Origin: Hypanus sabinus
Taxonomy: Eukaryota
Length of the DNA: 64,000 bases
Direction: 5' to 3'
Assembly (NCBI RefSeq): GCF_030144855.1
Contig: NC_082706.1
Location: 95,542,001-95,606,000, forward strand
The notes under the pieces are model-generated. The model ran no database searches. It saw only the letters and a program-made list of their open reading frames with translations, and was not told the DNA's origin. Below are positions 12,305 through 23,800 of this stretch, in pieces. Both the position numbers and the translations under genes were made by a program. How positions within the stretch are numbered: position 1 is the stretch's first letter; each line of letters begins with the position of its first letter.

Positions 12305-14077
12305 AGACAATAGACAATAGGTGCAGAAGTAGACCATTCGGCCCCTCGAGTCTGCACCGCCATTCTGAGATCATGGCTGATCATTCACTATCAATACCCA
12401 GTCCCTGCCTTGTCCCCATATTCCTTGATTCCCCTATCCATCAGATATCTATCCAGCTCCTTCTTGAAAGCATCCAGAGAATTGGCCTCCACCGTCTTCC
12501 GAGGCAGTGCATTCCACACCTCCACAACTCTCTGGGAGAAGAAGCTCTTCCTCAACTCTGTTTTAAATAACTGACCTCTTATTCTCAATCCATGCCCTCT
12601 GGTACTGGACTCTCCCAACATCTGGAACATATTTCCTGCCTCAATCCTATCAAATCCTTTAATTATCTTAAACGTTTCAATCAGATCCCCTCTCAATCTC
12701 CTCAATTCCAGTGTGTACAAGCCCAATCTCTCCAATCTCTCTGCGTAAGACAGCCCTGCCATCCCAGGAATCAACCTAGTGAATCTACGCTGCACTTCCT
12801 CAATTGCCAGAATGTCCTTCCTTAAACCTGGAGACCAAAACTGTACACAATATTCCAGGTGTGGTCTCACCAGGGCCCTGTACAAATGCAAAAGAACATC
12901 CTTGCTCTTGTATTCAATTCCCCTTGTAACAAAGGCCAACATTCCATTTGCCCTCTTCACTGCCTGTTGCACTTGCTCATTCACCTTCATTGACTGGTGA
13001 ACTAGGACTCCTAGGTCTCTTTGCATTTCTCCCTTACCTACCTCGACACCGTTCAGACAATACTCTGCCCTCTTGTTCCAGCTTCCAAAGTGGATAACTT
13101 CACATTTATTCACATTGAATGACATCTGCCAAGTATCTGCCCACTCACTCAGCCTATCCAAGTCTCCCTGTATTCTCCTAACGTCCTCTTCGCATGTCAC
13201 ACTGCCACCCAGTTTAGTATCGACAGCAAACTTGCTGATATAGTTTTCAATGCCCTCATCTAAATCATTGACATAAATCGTAAAGAGCTGTGGTCCCAAT
13301 ACAGAGCCCTGTGGTACCCCACTAGTCACCTCCAGCCAGTCTGAGAAACACCCATTCACTGCTACCCTTTGCTTTCTATCTGCCAACCAGTTTTCTATCA
13401 ATGTTGAAACCCTGCCCCAATGCCATGAGCTCTGATTTTACTCACCAATCTCCTATGTGGCACCTTATCGAATGCCTTCTGAAAATCTAGGTACACAACA
13501 TCTACTGGCTTACCCTCGTCTAACATCCTTGTTACACCCTCAAAAAACTCCAACAGATTAGTCAAGCATGATTTGCCCTTGGTAAATCCATGCTGGCTCG
13601 GCCTAATCCTATTTCTGCCATCTAGATGTGCCACTATTTCGTCCTTAATAATGGACTCAAGCATCTTCCCCACGACTGACGTTAGGCTAACAGGGCGATA
13701 GTTCTCCGTTTTCTCCTTCCCTCCCTTCTTGAAAAGTGGGACAACATTAGCCACTCTCCAATCTTCAGGAACTGATCCTGAATCTAAGGAACATTGGAAA
13801 ATGATTACCAATGCATCCGCAATTTCCTGAGCCACCTCTTTTAGAACCCTCGGATGCAGACCATCTGGACCCGGGGATTTATTAGCCTTCAGTCCTACCA
13901 GTCTACTCATCACAGTTTCTTTCCTAATGTCAATCTGTCTCAATTCCTCTGATATCTTATGACCCTGGCCCATCCATACATCTGGGAGATTGCTTGTGTC
14001 CTCCCTGGTGAAGACAGATCTAAAGTATGCATTAAATTCTGTTGCCATTTCCCTGTTTCCCATAACAATTTCTCTCA
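12305..14077 (-). mobile_element. CR1 LINE, 5'-truncated, RT domain plus 3' UTR, nested in the PLE
   Basis: ORFs 13398-14078 and 12391-13401 (one frameshift) contain YLDFQKAFDKV, GVPQGSVLGP and KFAVDTK (FADD to FAVD). The tail is (CTATTGT)n. Confidence 0.95.
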
Positions 14078-14125
14078 ATTCATTCTATTACTATTACTAA
14101 TCTATTACTATCTTTCCTTTCAGTT

Positions 14126-14160
14126 AGTCCTGACGAAGGGTCTCAGCCCAAAACGTCAAC
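14126..14160 (+). ncRNA. Degenerate hammerhead ribozyme motif in the PLE 3' region
   Basis: AGTC-CTGACGA-AGGGTCTCAGCCC-AAAACGTC-AAC. Confidence 0.55.
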
Positions 14161-14929
14161 AGCACTTCTCCCTATAGATGCTGCCTGGCCTGCTGTGTTC
14201 CACCAGCATTTTGTGTGTGTTGTTTGAAATTCCAGCATCTGCAGATTTCCTCGTGTTTGTTGTTTCTTATAAATCTATTTATTATCCACAAAAGAAACAT
14301 TAGCTATCCTTAGCATGGTACTATCTGGTGATCCTGCTCTGATAGCATGAATATTCTAATCAAAGAGATAAAAGCATGATTCTGTTTCTCTCCACAGGTC
14401 CTGCCTGTGGAGAACTCTAGCATCCTCCAGATTTGTTATGGTTTTACAGCTGTTGCCTCATATAATCTTCCATTTACAGTCAAACTCCAATGATGTGAAG
14501 ATCTCAATGGCTCAGCACCTGACTCACCAGCATGTATTTGCTGAACTCCTTTCCATTCGCAAAGACCCCAGTTCCTGCGCTGTTTCCCTGCTGACTGGCA
14601 CCCTGGATTCCACACACAATTCCCACTCAACAGAGCCCTGGTCCTTGTGTTCCCTGTAAACTTAACTAGTTCAGCAGAAAACTTATTATACTATGTAACA
14701 CCCAATAAAAATCAATTATTTAATTAAGCTCTTTAAGGTGTTGTGGTTTTGGTGTACATAAGGATATTGGGAAGAATGGGGAATTAATTAAATCAATTAT
14801 GCTGGGGTATTAAGAGAAATAACATTCAATATTCTCCAAAATCTGCTAGTCTGGTGCAATCAAAGTCCCAAACATTCCTGATAATTGGAATTTGACAGGT
14901 GTACAGATCTATTGACATGGCAATACCTT

Positions 14930-16160
14930 CAAATTCATCCACCTTTTTCATGACAATATGACCAGCTAAGTCCTCGCAATTGGTGACACCTCAGAAAAAT
15001 TCAATATTTCAAATGGAGTGAATCAAGGGTGTGTGCTGCTCAATTTGTTCTTCACATATGTGCTGAACCATGCAATTGAAGACCTCGAATGTGGTGTATA
15101 CCTGAAGTACAGACTTGATGGATCACCGTTCAATCTGCTCTATAAGCACCAGAACGAAGATCATCAAGAAACTCATCCTTGAAGCCCTCTATGTTGACGA
15201 CTGTGCTCTGATGGCTCATATTGAGTCCACCCTTCAGCTAATTGTCAGTAAATCTGCAACAGCCTCGTGTCTCATTGGTCTAACCATCAGCCTAAACAAG
15301 ACAGAAGTCCTGTTTCAACCTGGTCCTGGATCAGCTGCTGCCACCCTCTCTATCACAATCAAGACTGAGAACAGTGGATGAATTCAAGTAGCTCAGCAGT
15401 GCTATTTGCAATGATGGCTCGCTAGACAGGGAAATCAGCGCCAGGCTCTGCAAGGCCAGACAGAGCCTTGGGCAACTGCGATCACATGTTTTGGACCAGC
15501 ACAACATCTGTCTGTGCACAAAGCTAAAGGTGCACGAAGCTGTTGTCCTCAGCTGTCTCCTGTATGGATGTGAAACCTAGACACGTACAGAAGACAGCTC
15601 AAAATGTTACAGGAATTCTATATGCATAGTCCGAGGTCAGTCCTTGTTATCCGTTGGCAGGACTGAGTCACAAACCAGAGGTCCTCAACAGCGCGAGGAC
15701 CACAAGTGTTGAGGGTATGATTGTAAAAGCACAGCTTCAGTGGACGGGGCATGTCATACACATGCAGGATTCCTGGATCCTCAAGCAGCTACCATATGGT
15801 GAGCTTTTGCTGGGCTGGAGGGATCAAGGCAAGCCTTGTGAGATGTTCAAGGACTGCGTGAAAACTAACATTGCAAACGCCGTGTTTGTACCAAAATGGC
15901 TGGAGCAGAGTGCACAAAACTGAAGTGGCTGGTGAGCCTTGGTTAGAACCACTCACAACAAACTGGAGGAGAGACGCCGAGCAGTACTAATCCCAGCTTG
16001 ACAAAGAAGGAAGGCCTCTACTTCCAGATCCAGCTGAGTTCTCATGTCCTTATTGTGGACTTCTATGTTGCTCACAACTTGGTCTAAGCAGCCATCTACG
16101 GATGTCCAACAGAACTGCACAAATCTAACTGTCATCATTGGATACGACTAACAACCAGCC
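14930..16160 (+). mobile_element. RTE-clade LINE, degenerate RT and 3' end
   Basis: GV.QGCVL, EALYVDDCAL, LTISLNKTEV and QLQWTGHVIHM..LPYGEL motifs, with many stops. Confidence 0.85.
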
Positions 16161-17194
16161 CGTCAATCAACCACCTTCAAATTTACAGAGCCAAGATGGT
16201 AATTAGGGAACATAACTGAAAACCTGGTCAAAGAGTAGACGTCCAAGGTGCATTTTAAAGGAGAAGAGAGAAGTTAAGTGTGGGGACGGTAGTCCAGAGT
16301 TTGAAGTCTTGCCAGCTGAAAGTACTGCTGTAGGGTAACGTAACTGGGAGAAATGGGCATAATTCACAACTACCGACACTGAGTCAGATTTTCGCTTTAA
16401 GAGGCTGGTCTGACGAGATAATGTTATTATGTAAAAGGTTTTTAGCACGCTATTGTTGTGTAGGTTTTGGAGTTCAATAAAATGTTTTATGGTTATCATT
16501 ACACATAAAACGCCTCACTTCATTCTATTTGCGAAAACCTACATTGCCAGAAATTACAGAGTACTTGAATTCCAGGATGGCCAAGAAGCTGGAATTAGTG
16601 GAGCACAGAAATCATGAAGATAGCAAGGATAAGATCAAAATCATGGATTGACAGCACTTTCCTGAAAATACAATTATTGTGCAAGTAAGTTTATTTGGAT
16701 GCTGTCAATTGTGACAATTGAAACAATCCACATCAAATGATCCAGAGATGGAAGTTTAAATGTCCCTAACAAAACTATGCTACTTAATAAAGTTAACTAA
16801 AGTTAGCATTAGTAACAACAATCATGATTCAATGAATTGCTCTTAAAACCCAACTGGTTAACTAATGTCTATGCACAGAAGGAGGAAATTGACCTTCATC
16901 GACACAACAACAACGTGGCTGCCTTTCAGTGTTCATTGAAATAACCTGGCGAGTCACTCAGTTCAAGAACTATCAAGGATGAGCAATAAATGCTGGCCTT
17001 GTCGGTTATGTTGACACCCCAGAAATAAAAAGACAGCCACTGTTTCAAATCACCTGCAGTTCACAAGCAACACCAACATAGGAGCTCAGCATTTATCAAT
17101 TAATGTAATTGGAAGCTGCCATTCCTAGGTAAATTGTAGAGAAAACAAACAAAATTACATTTATTCATTTTATCAGACTCGGGAATACCATCAC

Positions 17195-17410
17195 ACTCAG
17201 ATGTAGAAGGATTCTTCATTGCTGTTGCCGTAACAGTTTTGTTTTACCAGTCAATGTTGTTTAGCCCTGAGATGAATCCCCAAACCTGGAAGACCAGTGG
17301 ACCACTCTTAGTCTGGCCTCTACCCTTTGACCTGTTTGGCATGGGTGACCCTACCAAGAGCCAAAGCATAAAGTCCTCAAAGCACAGAAGCCTCCAAATC
17401 CTATAACAAC
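17195..17410 (-). mobile_element. Fragment of the RTE-5'UTR-derived non-autonomous element (same family as 44731-45158)
   Basis: Reverse-complement match to about 44810-44990 (gggtcacccatgcc...cagactaagagtggtccac). Confidence 0.65.
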
Positions 17411-18456
17411 ATTTTGGTTCTCTCGGAGGCATTCACAAGTAGGCAGTGAGAAGGTCAAGAGCAGGCACTTAGAAACTCATCTCCTGCTACACAAGCATGT
17501 CAAGGTATTACCTGCTGACTCAAAAACCATTCCCCTGAACTGGATTTCAGAGGCAAATCTCGACATGGTGTTATGACAACAGAGTGCATTTAGTGTTACT
17601 GACTGGGGCTCAGTTTATTCCCCTGTAACTCCATAAAAAACAATATGATTTTACAGAGCTTTATTGGTCTAGTCAATTCTTCTTCAGCAGTGTTCACCTC
17701 ACTGCAGTGGGCTGCTCTACCCATCAATCTGATGGGACTAAGGCACGCTCATACACGGACGTTAAGGAGTGTGCAGTTCCAACTGCTCAATTGACAAAAT
17801 AATCAATCCAAGTTGAGTGCTAATAGACACATGAGCATGTACAACTCCACGAGAGGCCAGGCAGACTGACTTCCTTCAAACAAACAACTCACCTTATTTA
17901 GCAGAACATAATAACAAAGCCCAAATTTCCTATTCTGCTAATCAAAGAGAGCACATACTTTCATGTTTTATTACAAAGGAGGCAAGTTGACCCTTCAAGT
18001 CCTTGCCAGTTCTCAGAATATTTGCATCAGTCAGATCCCCCTGCTTAGTTCCCAATAACATTCGCTCAGCTACCCTAATTCTCTTGTCACCTACCTATTC
18101 TACGTGTAAAATGCAGCAGACACTTATCCTCCCTACATGTCCTCTGGATGTGAAAGGAAATCAAAGCAGACAGGAAAAACACAGTCACAGGGAAAACCTG
18201 AAAACGCCACAAAAAAAAGTACCTAAGGTCAGGATCAAACCCAGGTTGCGGGAGGCTCCCAGACCTGAAATGCCAACTGTTCGTGGGCGCTACCTGACCT
18301 ACTGGGTGTTTCCAGCGTTTGGTTTCTCGTCTGGATTCCGGTTTATTGGGCTGCATCGGGACCAGTACATTTTGGACCAATTATGCGGCTGCCCCAGTTT
18401 AAGCTTCATGGAAATAGTTAAAAAGGTTTTAAAAGGGAAAACTACTGTGTAACTGA

Positions 18457-19356
18457 ACACAAATATACAACTGCAGATGCTGTGGATCAAAGAGTACGTA
18501 CACGACGCTGGAAGAACTCAGCAGGTCAGGCAGCATCCGTGAGAAAAGAGTAGCCAAAGTGTCAGGCCAAGCCCCTTCATCAGGAACGGGGGGGAAGAGA
18601 GGGCCGGAGCCCAGTAATAGAGATAGGGGAGGGGGAAGGGCTAGAGGCGCCAGGTGGAGAACCAATCAGAGGAAGGATAAAGGGGGGAGGGGGAGGGGAT
18701 AAGCATGAAAGAACTGTCGAGGTAAAGGAGCAGAAAGTTGAAAGGGGAGAGAGGCAGAGGGGGACCTAGGATAGGGGAAGGGGGAGGGGGAGGGAATTAA
18801 CGGAAATTGGAGAATTCAATGTTCATACCACCAGGCTGGAGGCTACCCGGACGGTAGATGAGGTGTTGCTCCTCCAACCTGAGTTTGGCCTCATCATGGC
18901 AGCAGAGGAGGCCATGTATGGAGATATCTAGATGGGAATGAGAGACAGAGTTGAAGTGGGTGGCAACCAGGAGATCCTGTCTATTGTGATGGACGGAGCA
19001 GAGGTGCTCAACGAAGCAGTCCCCCAATCTGCGTCGGGTCTCGCTGATGTAGAAGAGGCCGCACCAAGAGCACCGGATGCAATAGACAACTCCAGCAGAC
19101 TCGCAGGTGAACTGTTGCCTCACCTGGACTGTCTGAGGCCCAGAAAGGTGGTAAGGGGGGAGGTGTGTGGACAGGTGTAGCATTTGCACTTACAGGGATA
19201 AGTGCCGGGTGGGAGTTCTGTGGGGAGGGACGTGTGGACCGGGTAGTCGTGGAGGGAACAATCCCTGCGAAAAGCTGAGGGGGGTAGGGAGGGAAAGATG
19301 TGCTGGGTGGTGGGGTCCTGTTGAAGGTGGCGGAAGTTGCGGAAACACAGTTACTC
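18457..19356 (-). mobile_element. Penelope-like element, 3' part (GIY-YIG and terminal region)
   Basis: ORF 18797-19189: VVYCIRCSWCGLFYISET..KLRLEEQHLIYR. 13-bp TSD ACTGT(G/T)TAACTGA at 18444-18456 and 19357-19369. Hammerhead-like CTGATGA at 18583-18577. Confidence 0.88.
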
Positions 19357-19537
19357 ACTGTTTAACTGAGTAACTAATTCTTGCAGAAGCGGCTATCTCA
19401 AACCCCTTTTCTCCACTAACACATATCCCTTGATCCCCTTAAACGTCCAAAAACCCATGAATCTCTGTCTTGAACGTGCAGGATACCACTAACAAAGGAC
19501 GAATTTCCCTCAAAGTAAACACTTTAACGTTGCTTAC

Positions 19538-19777
19538 CATGGCAATGCTTTGGTTGAAACTTAGTTCAACGTCGTAGAAGTTGCCGTCATGGTGGACAGG
19601 TAGGGTTGCCTGTGCCCAGTGCCGGTCCTTCGAATTAGACCAGTGCAGAGGAGAGCCTCCAAGCCGGCTGTGCAGGCAAACTCTGAGGACGTATTGTCCT
19701 TTAGGCAGTTTGTCCTTCACACCTCGTAGGCACTTCAGATGGATCTGCGCTGGCTGAGGAGTCCCAGACCACTCGAC
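19538..19777 (-). CDS. OFCC1: OFCC1-like coding exon F (240 nt, phase 0 to 0): VEWSGTPQPAQIHLKCLRGVKDKLPKGQYVLRVCLHSRLGGSPLHWSNSKDRHWAQATLPVHHDGNFYDVELSFNQSIAM
   Basis: Acceptor tgttgtatttAG and donor ATG|GTAAGC. The PQP-x-QI-x-LKCLRGVKDKLP...SRLGG...HDGxFYD motif is recalled as conserved in OFCC1/Opo proteins. Confidence 0.88.
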
Positions 19778-20118
19778 CTAAATACAACACATTGCATAAG
19801 TACACTAGCACAGAACAGTGTTCAGAAATCCATAACACTTTCATCTGAAATCCTTCTCATTATCATTCTCAGAGGACTGGAGAATTTTAGGTATGAGGAA
19901 GGATTCGATAGGCCGGTAGATAAATGGGAAATAGAATTAGTACAGGTACATACAATGATTGTCTTGGATATGGTGGCCCTACTTCTGTACTGTACAACTC
20001 AGTGCTTCAGGGTTAATTTCCTCAGAAGAGGAAACTTTGACACATAAATTTGTGATTGTCTTAGAGTGGAGAGGAATAATCCATTTCTCTTAGAGTAAAG
20101 GTAAACAACTAGAAGGTA

Positions 20119-21457
20119 CAGGTGTTCCCCCAATTTTCAAACATTCACTTTACGACAACTCGCTGTTACGAAAGACCTACATTAGTTACCTGTTTTCGCT
20201 AACAAAAGGTATTTTCACTGTTACGAAAAAAGGCAGAGCAGCCAAGTTCCTCCCCCGGAACTGCATTCTAGCCGGCATTGCTTAAACACATGCCTGTGAG
20301 CATCTATGCTTTATGTCAATTTATTTGTGCATCCGTCAGCAAGTTGAGTTCTAAGGTATCAGAAAAGCCTAAAAGAGTGCATAAGGGAGTTACACTTAGC
20401 ATAAAACTAGACATAATAAAGTGTTTCGATCGTGGTGAACAAAGTAAGGATATAGTGAGTTTGGCTGAGGGTTTGTGGAAGCTGACGAAGATGATGTTGA
20501 AGAGGTTTTGGCATCCCATGACCAAGAACTGAGAGATGAAGAGCTGATGAAGAGGAAAGGATAACAATTGAAGCCAAACGTAGTAGCCAACGGCCCGAAA
20601 GTAAAATCGTCCGGGAACTGAATGTGAAGCAATTGCGTTAGATTTTTGCTGCAATTGACAACGCTGCAATGATTGCAGAAAAGTATGACTTTAATTTTGA
20701 AAGGGTACGTAGGTTTAGGGCATATTTGCAGGGTAGTTTGAGTGCTTACAAAGAAGTGTATGATAGAAGAATGCACGAGGCTAAGCAGTCAAGCATGCTG
20801 TCATTTTTCAAGCCTTCCACATCGGCCACAGCAGACGACAAACCTCGACCTTTGACATTGAGGCAGGCAGACATAGAAGAAGGTGACCTGCCTGCCCTGA
20901 TGGAAACAGACAACAATGAGTTCACACCCCAGTCTCCTCTACCTCCCACCACCCCAACCTCCAACCACTCAGCCTAACGCACCATCATCAGTGTGCTCAC
21001 TGTCTTCCCGATTCCAGTAATTGAAACTACATTGGATGTACATTATTTCTACTTTACATAGGCTGTGTACTTTTATGTGTCGTTTAGTAGCTTCATAGCT
21101 TAAAGGTTACTGGAAAGAGTGCTTCTGCTGGGAGTGCTTGCACCGTGTGTTTTTGCTACGAGTGCTGCCGAGAGCGGTTGCGTGAGATTCTCGCTGCGGT
21201 GGACAGTGCTACAATAATTGCAGAAAAGTATTCCTACATTATATAGGCTGTGTATTTATCAGATCATTCCTGCTTTTACTATACATTACTGTAATTTTAG
21301 GTTTTATGTGTTATTTGGTAGGTTATTTTTTGGTTCTGCGAACGCTCACAAGTTTTTCCCATATAAATAAATGGTAATTGCTTCTTCACTTTACGACATT
21401 CCGGCTTACGAACCACTTCACAGAAACGCTCTACCTTCGAATAGCGGGGGAAACCTG
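20119..21457 (+). mobile_element. Tigger/pogo-family DNA transposon, internally deleted
   Basis: TA|CAGGTGTTCCCC ... GGGGGAAACCTG|TA TIRs with TA TSD. An N-terminal HTH remnant (KRVHKGVTLSIKLDIIKCFDRGE) is fused to the acidic C-terminal remnant, with no DDE core. Inserted in a CR1 fragment. Confidence 0.85.
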
Positions 21458-22039
21458 TACGTGCTGTGAAAGTGATTGTGCAAAGAGAAGAGTTGGGAAA
21501 TATTTTTACCCAGAATGCACCTCCCCATCTCTGGGGCCAAGAAGGAAGAGAGATGTAAATCATTAAAGTAGCTTCAAATGATTGGGTTCAAATCCCAGCT
21601 CTGGGGAAATCTTTCAGCTGACAACCAAATCTTTGATGCTGAGAGACTCTATGACGTACCCCAAAAAAAAACCTGATTTTGGTTTTACCAGTATTTTTTC
21701 AAGGCAATATTCTTATGCCAAGATGGCAGAATCCAGTTGGAAATCTGATCTGGGTCAGTACCGATCTCGAGCCCTGCCTGCATGGCGTTTGCATATTCTC
21801 CCTGTGGCTGCATGAATTGGTCATTGCTAATTGATTTATTATTGTCACATTTACCAAGACACAGAGGAAAACTTTGTTCTGCATGCCATCTATCCACAAA
21901 ATAAGTACATTGAGGTAGTACAAAAGAAAAGCAATAAGATGCAGAATATAGTTATAAAGGAAGTACAGTGCAAGTACACAATATGGAGTAAGGGTTATGG
22001 AGAGGTAGATTGCGAGGTCAAGAGATCAAAATATCACTC

Positions 22040-23450
22040 CATTCTTTAAAAAGGGAGGCAAAAAACAGCAAACTATAGGCCAGTTAATCTGCTTTCTGGA
22101 AGATGTTGGAGTCCATTATTAAGGATGAGGTTTCAGGGTGCTTGGAAGTACATGATAAAATAGGCCGAAGTCAGCATGGATTCCCTAAGGTGATATCTTG
22201 CCAGACAGATCTGTTGGAATTCTTTGAGGAAATATCTGGCAGAATGAACAAAGGAGAGTCACTGAATGTTGTTTACTTGGGTTTTCAGAAGGCCTGTAGC
22301 AAGGTGCTGCACATGAGGCTGCTGAACAAAACTAGAGCACATGGTATTACAGGAGAGATACCAGCATGGATAGAAGACTGGCTGAATAGCAGGACACAAA
22401 GAGTGGGAACAATGGCCTCTTCTGCTTGGCTGCCAGCGACTAATGGTGTTCTGCAGGGGGCGATGCTGGAACCACTTCTTTTCCCGCTACATGTCAATAA
22501 TTTGGATGACATAACTTGTGGTATTGAGGCCACATTTGTGTATGATACAAAGATAAGCGGAGAAACCAGTAGTGTTATGGAAGCAGAGAGTCCATAGAAG
22601 AAACTCAGAATGGGTAAGAAAGTGACAGATGCGATATAGTAGTGGGAAGTACTGTACATGGTGGTGCACTTTGGTAGAAGGAATAAAAGAGTAGCCAATT
22701 TTCTAAGCAGGGAGAAAATTCAGAATTCAGAGGTCCAAAGGGACTTGGGAGTCTTCGCGCAGGATTCCCTTGAGGTTAATTTGCAGGTTGAGTTGGTGGT
22801 AAGAAAGGCAGATATAATGTTAGCTTTCATTTCAAGGACTAGGATGTAAAATTAACAATGTACTGGTTGAGGCCTTGTAAGGCATTCGTCAGCCTGCACT
22901 TGGAGTATTGTGAGCAGTTCTGAAATCACGAGCCCCTTACCTGAGAAAGGATATGCTAGCACTGGAGTGGGTACAGAGGAGGTTCACAAGAATAGTCCCA
23001 GGAATGAAAGGGTTAACGTACAAGGGCACTGATGATTCTGGGCTTGTACACACTGAAGTTTAGAAGAATGGTGGAGCTGGGGGTGAAATCTTATTGAAAA
23101 CTATCAAACATTGAAAGGGCTAGATAGATAGAGTGGACATGACAATTAAGTTTCCTATTGTGGGTAGTCTAGGACCGGAGGACAATACAGGGACGTCTGT
23201 TTAGAACAATGAGGAGGAATTTCTTTAGCCAGAGGATGTCGAATCTGTGGAAATCATTGCCACAGATTGCTGTCATTGGGTATATTTCAGGCAGGGTTGT
23301 TAGGTTCTTGAACAGTAAAGATATCAAAGGTTGCAGGGAATAGGCAAAAAAATGGGGTTGAGAAGGGTAATAAATTAGCCATGGTGGAAAAGCAGAGCAG
23401 ACCCAATGGCTGAATGGCCTAACTCTACTCCTTCGTTTTATGGTGTTATG
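22040..23450 (+). mobile_element. CR1 LINE, old degenerate RT and 3' end
   Basis: MLESIIKDEV..SQHGF..LLEFFEE..VVYLGFQKA, with many indels. Confidence 0.85.
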
Positions 23451-23459
23451 ATCTGTTCA

Positions 23460-23800
23460 ATAGCCTTCGAACAGTGAGCTAGAAACTGTCCTTAAGCTTG
23501 ATGTGCTTTCAAGATTGTGTATCTTCTGCCCAATTGGTAGAGGGAGAGGAGAGAATGCACAGCGTGGGAGGGGTCTTTAGTTATGTCGGCTGCTTTTACA
23601 AGGCAGTGGGAAGTGCATATAGAATCCATGGAGGGGTTACTGGCTTTCGTGACAGACTGACTTACGTTCATAGTTCTCTGTAATTTCTCGCTGTCTTGGC
23701 AAAATTGTGATGCATCTGGATAAGATGTTTTCCATGGTGCGTCCATAAAAATTGATGAAGGTCAATGGACAAAGCACAGTACTTTCTTGGCCATAGTGAT
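23460..23800 (-). mobile_element. Rex1/Babar-type LINE 3' fragment
   Basis: KAADITKDPSHAVHSLLSLYQLGRRY motif. Confidence 0.55.

Larger units (their letters stand above)
10103..14262 (+). mobile_element. Penelope-like retroelement (RT + GIY-YIG), interrupted by a CR1 at 12305-14077
   Basis: IKPADKGG, DVQSLYTSIP, G.A.GT.MGPSYA, RYIDD, YYKPTDSHSYL and VVYCVRC..LLYIGET motifs, with frameshifts. 14-bp TSD TTTC(C/T)TATAAATCT at 10089-10102 and 14263-14276. Confidence 0.92.

Noticed and set aside
10662-14078. Long ORFs (365, 336 and 226 aa) as host genes or a novel two-RT system
   Set aside because: They are the frameshifted RTs of a PLE and a nested CR1, explained by a TSD-bounded insertion and a CR1 tail.
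14528-14653. 126-nt minus-strand segment with an AG acceptor and GTGAGT donor, as the next OFCC1 exon
   Set aside because: The required phase-0 reading hits TGA at codon 9, and the other frames show no recognisable similarity.
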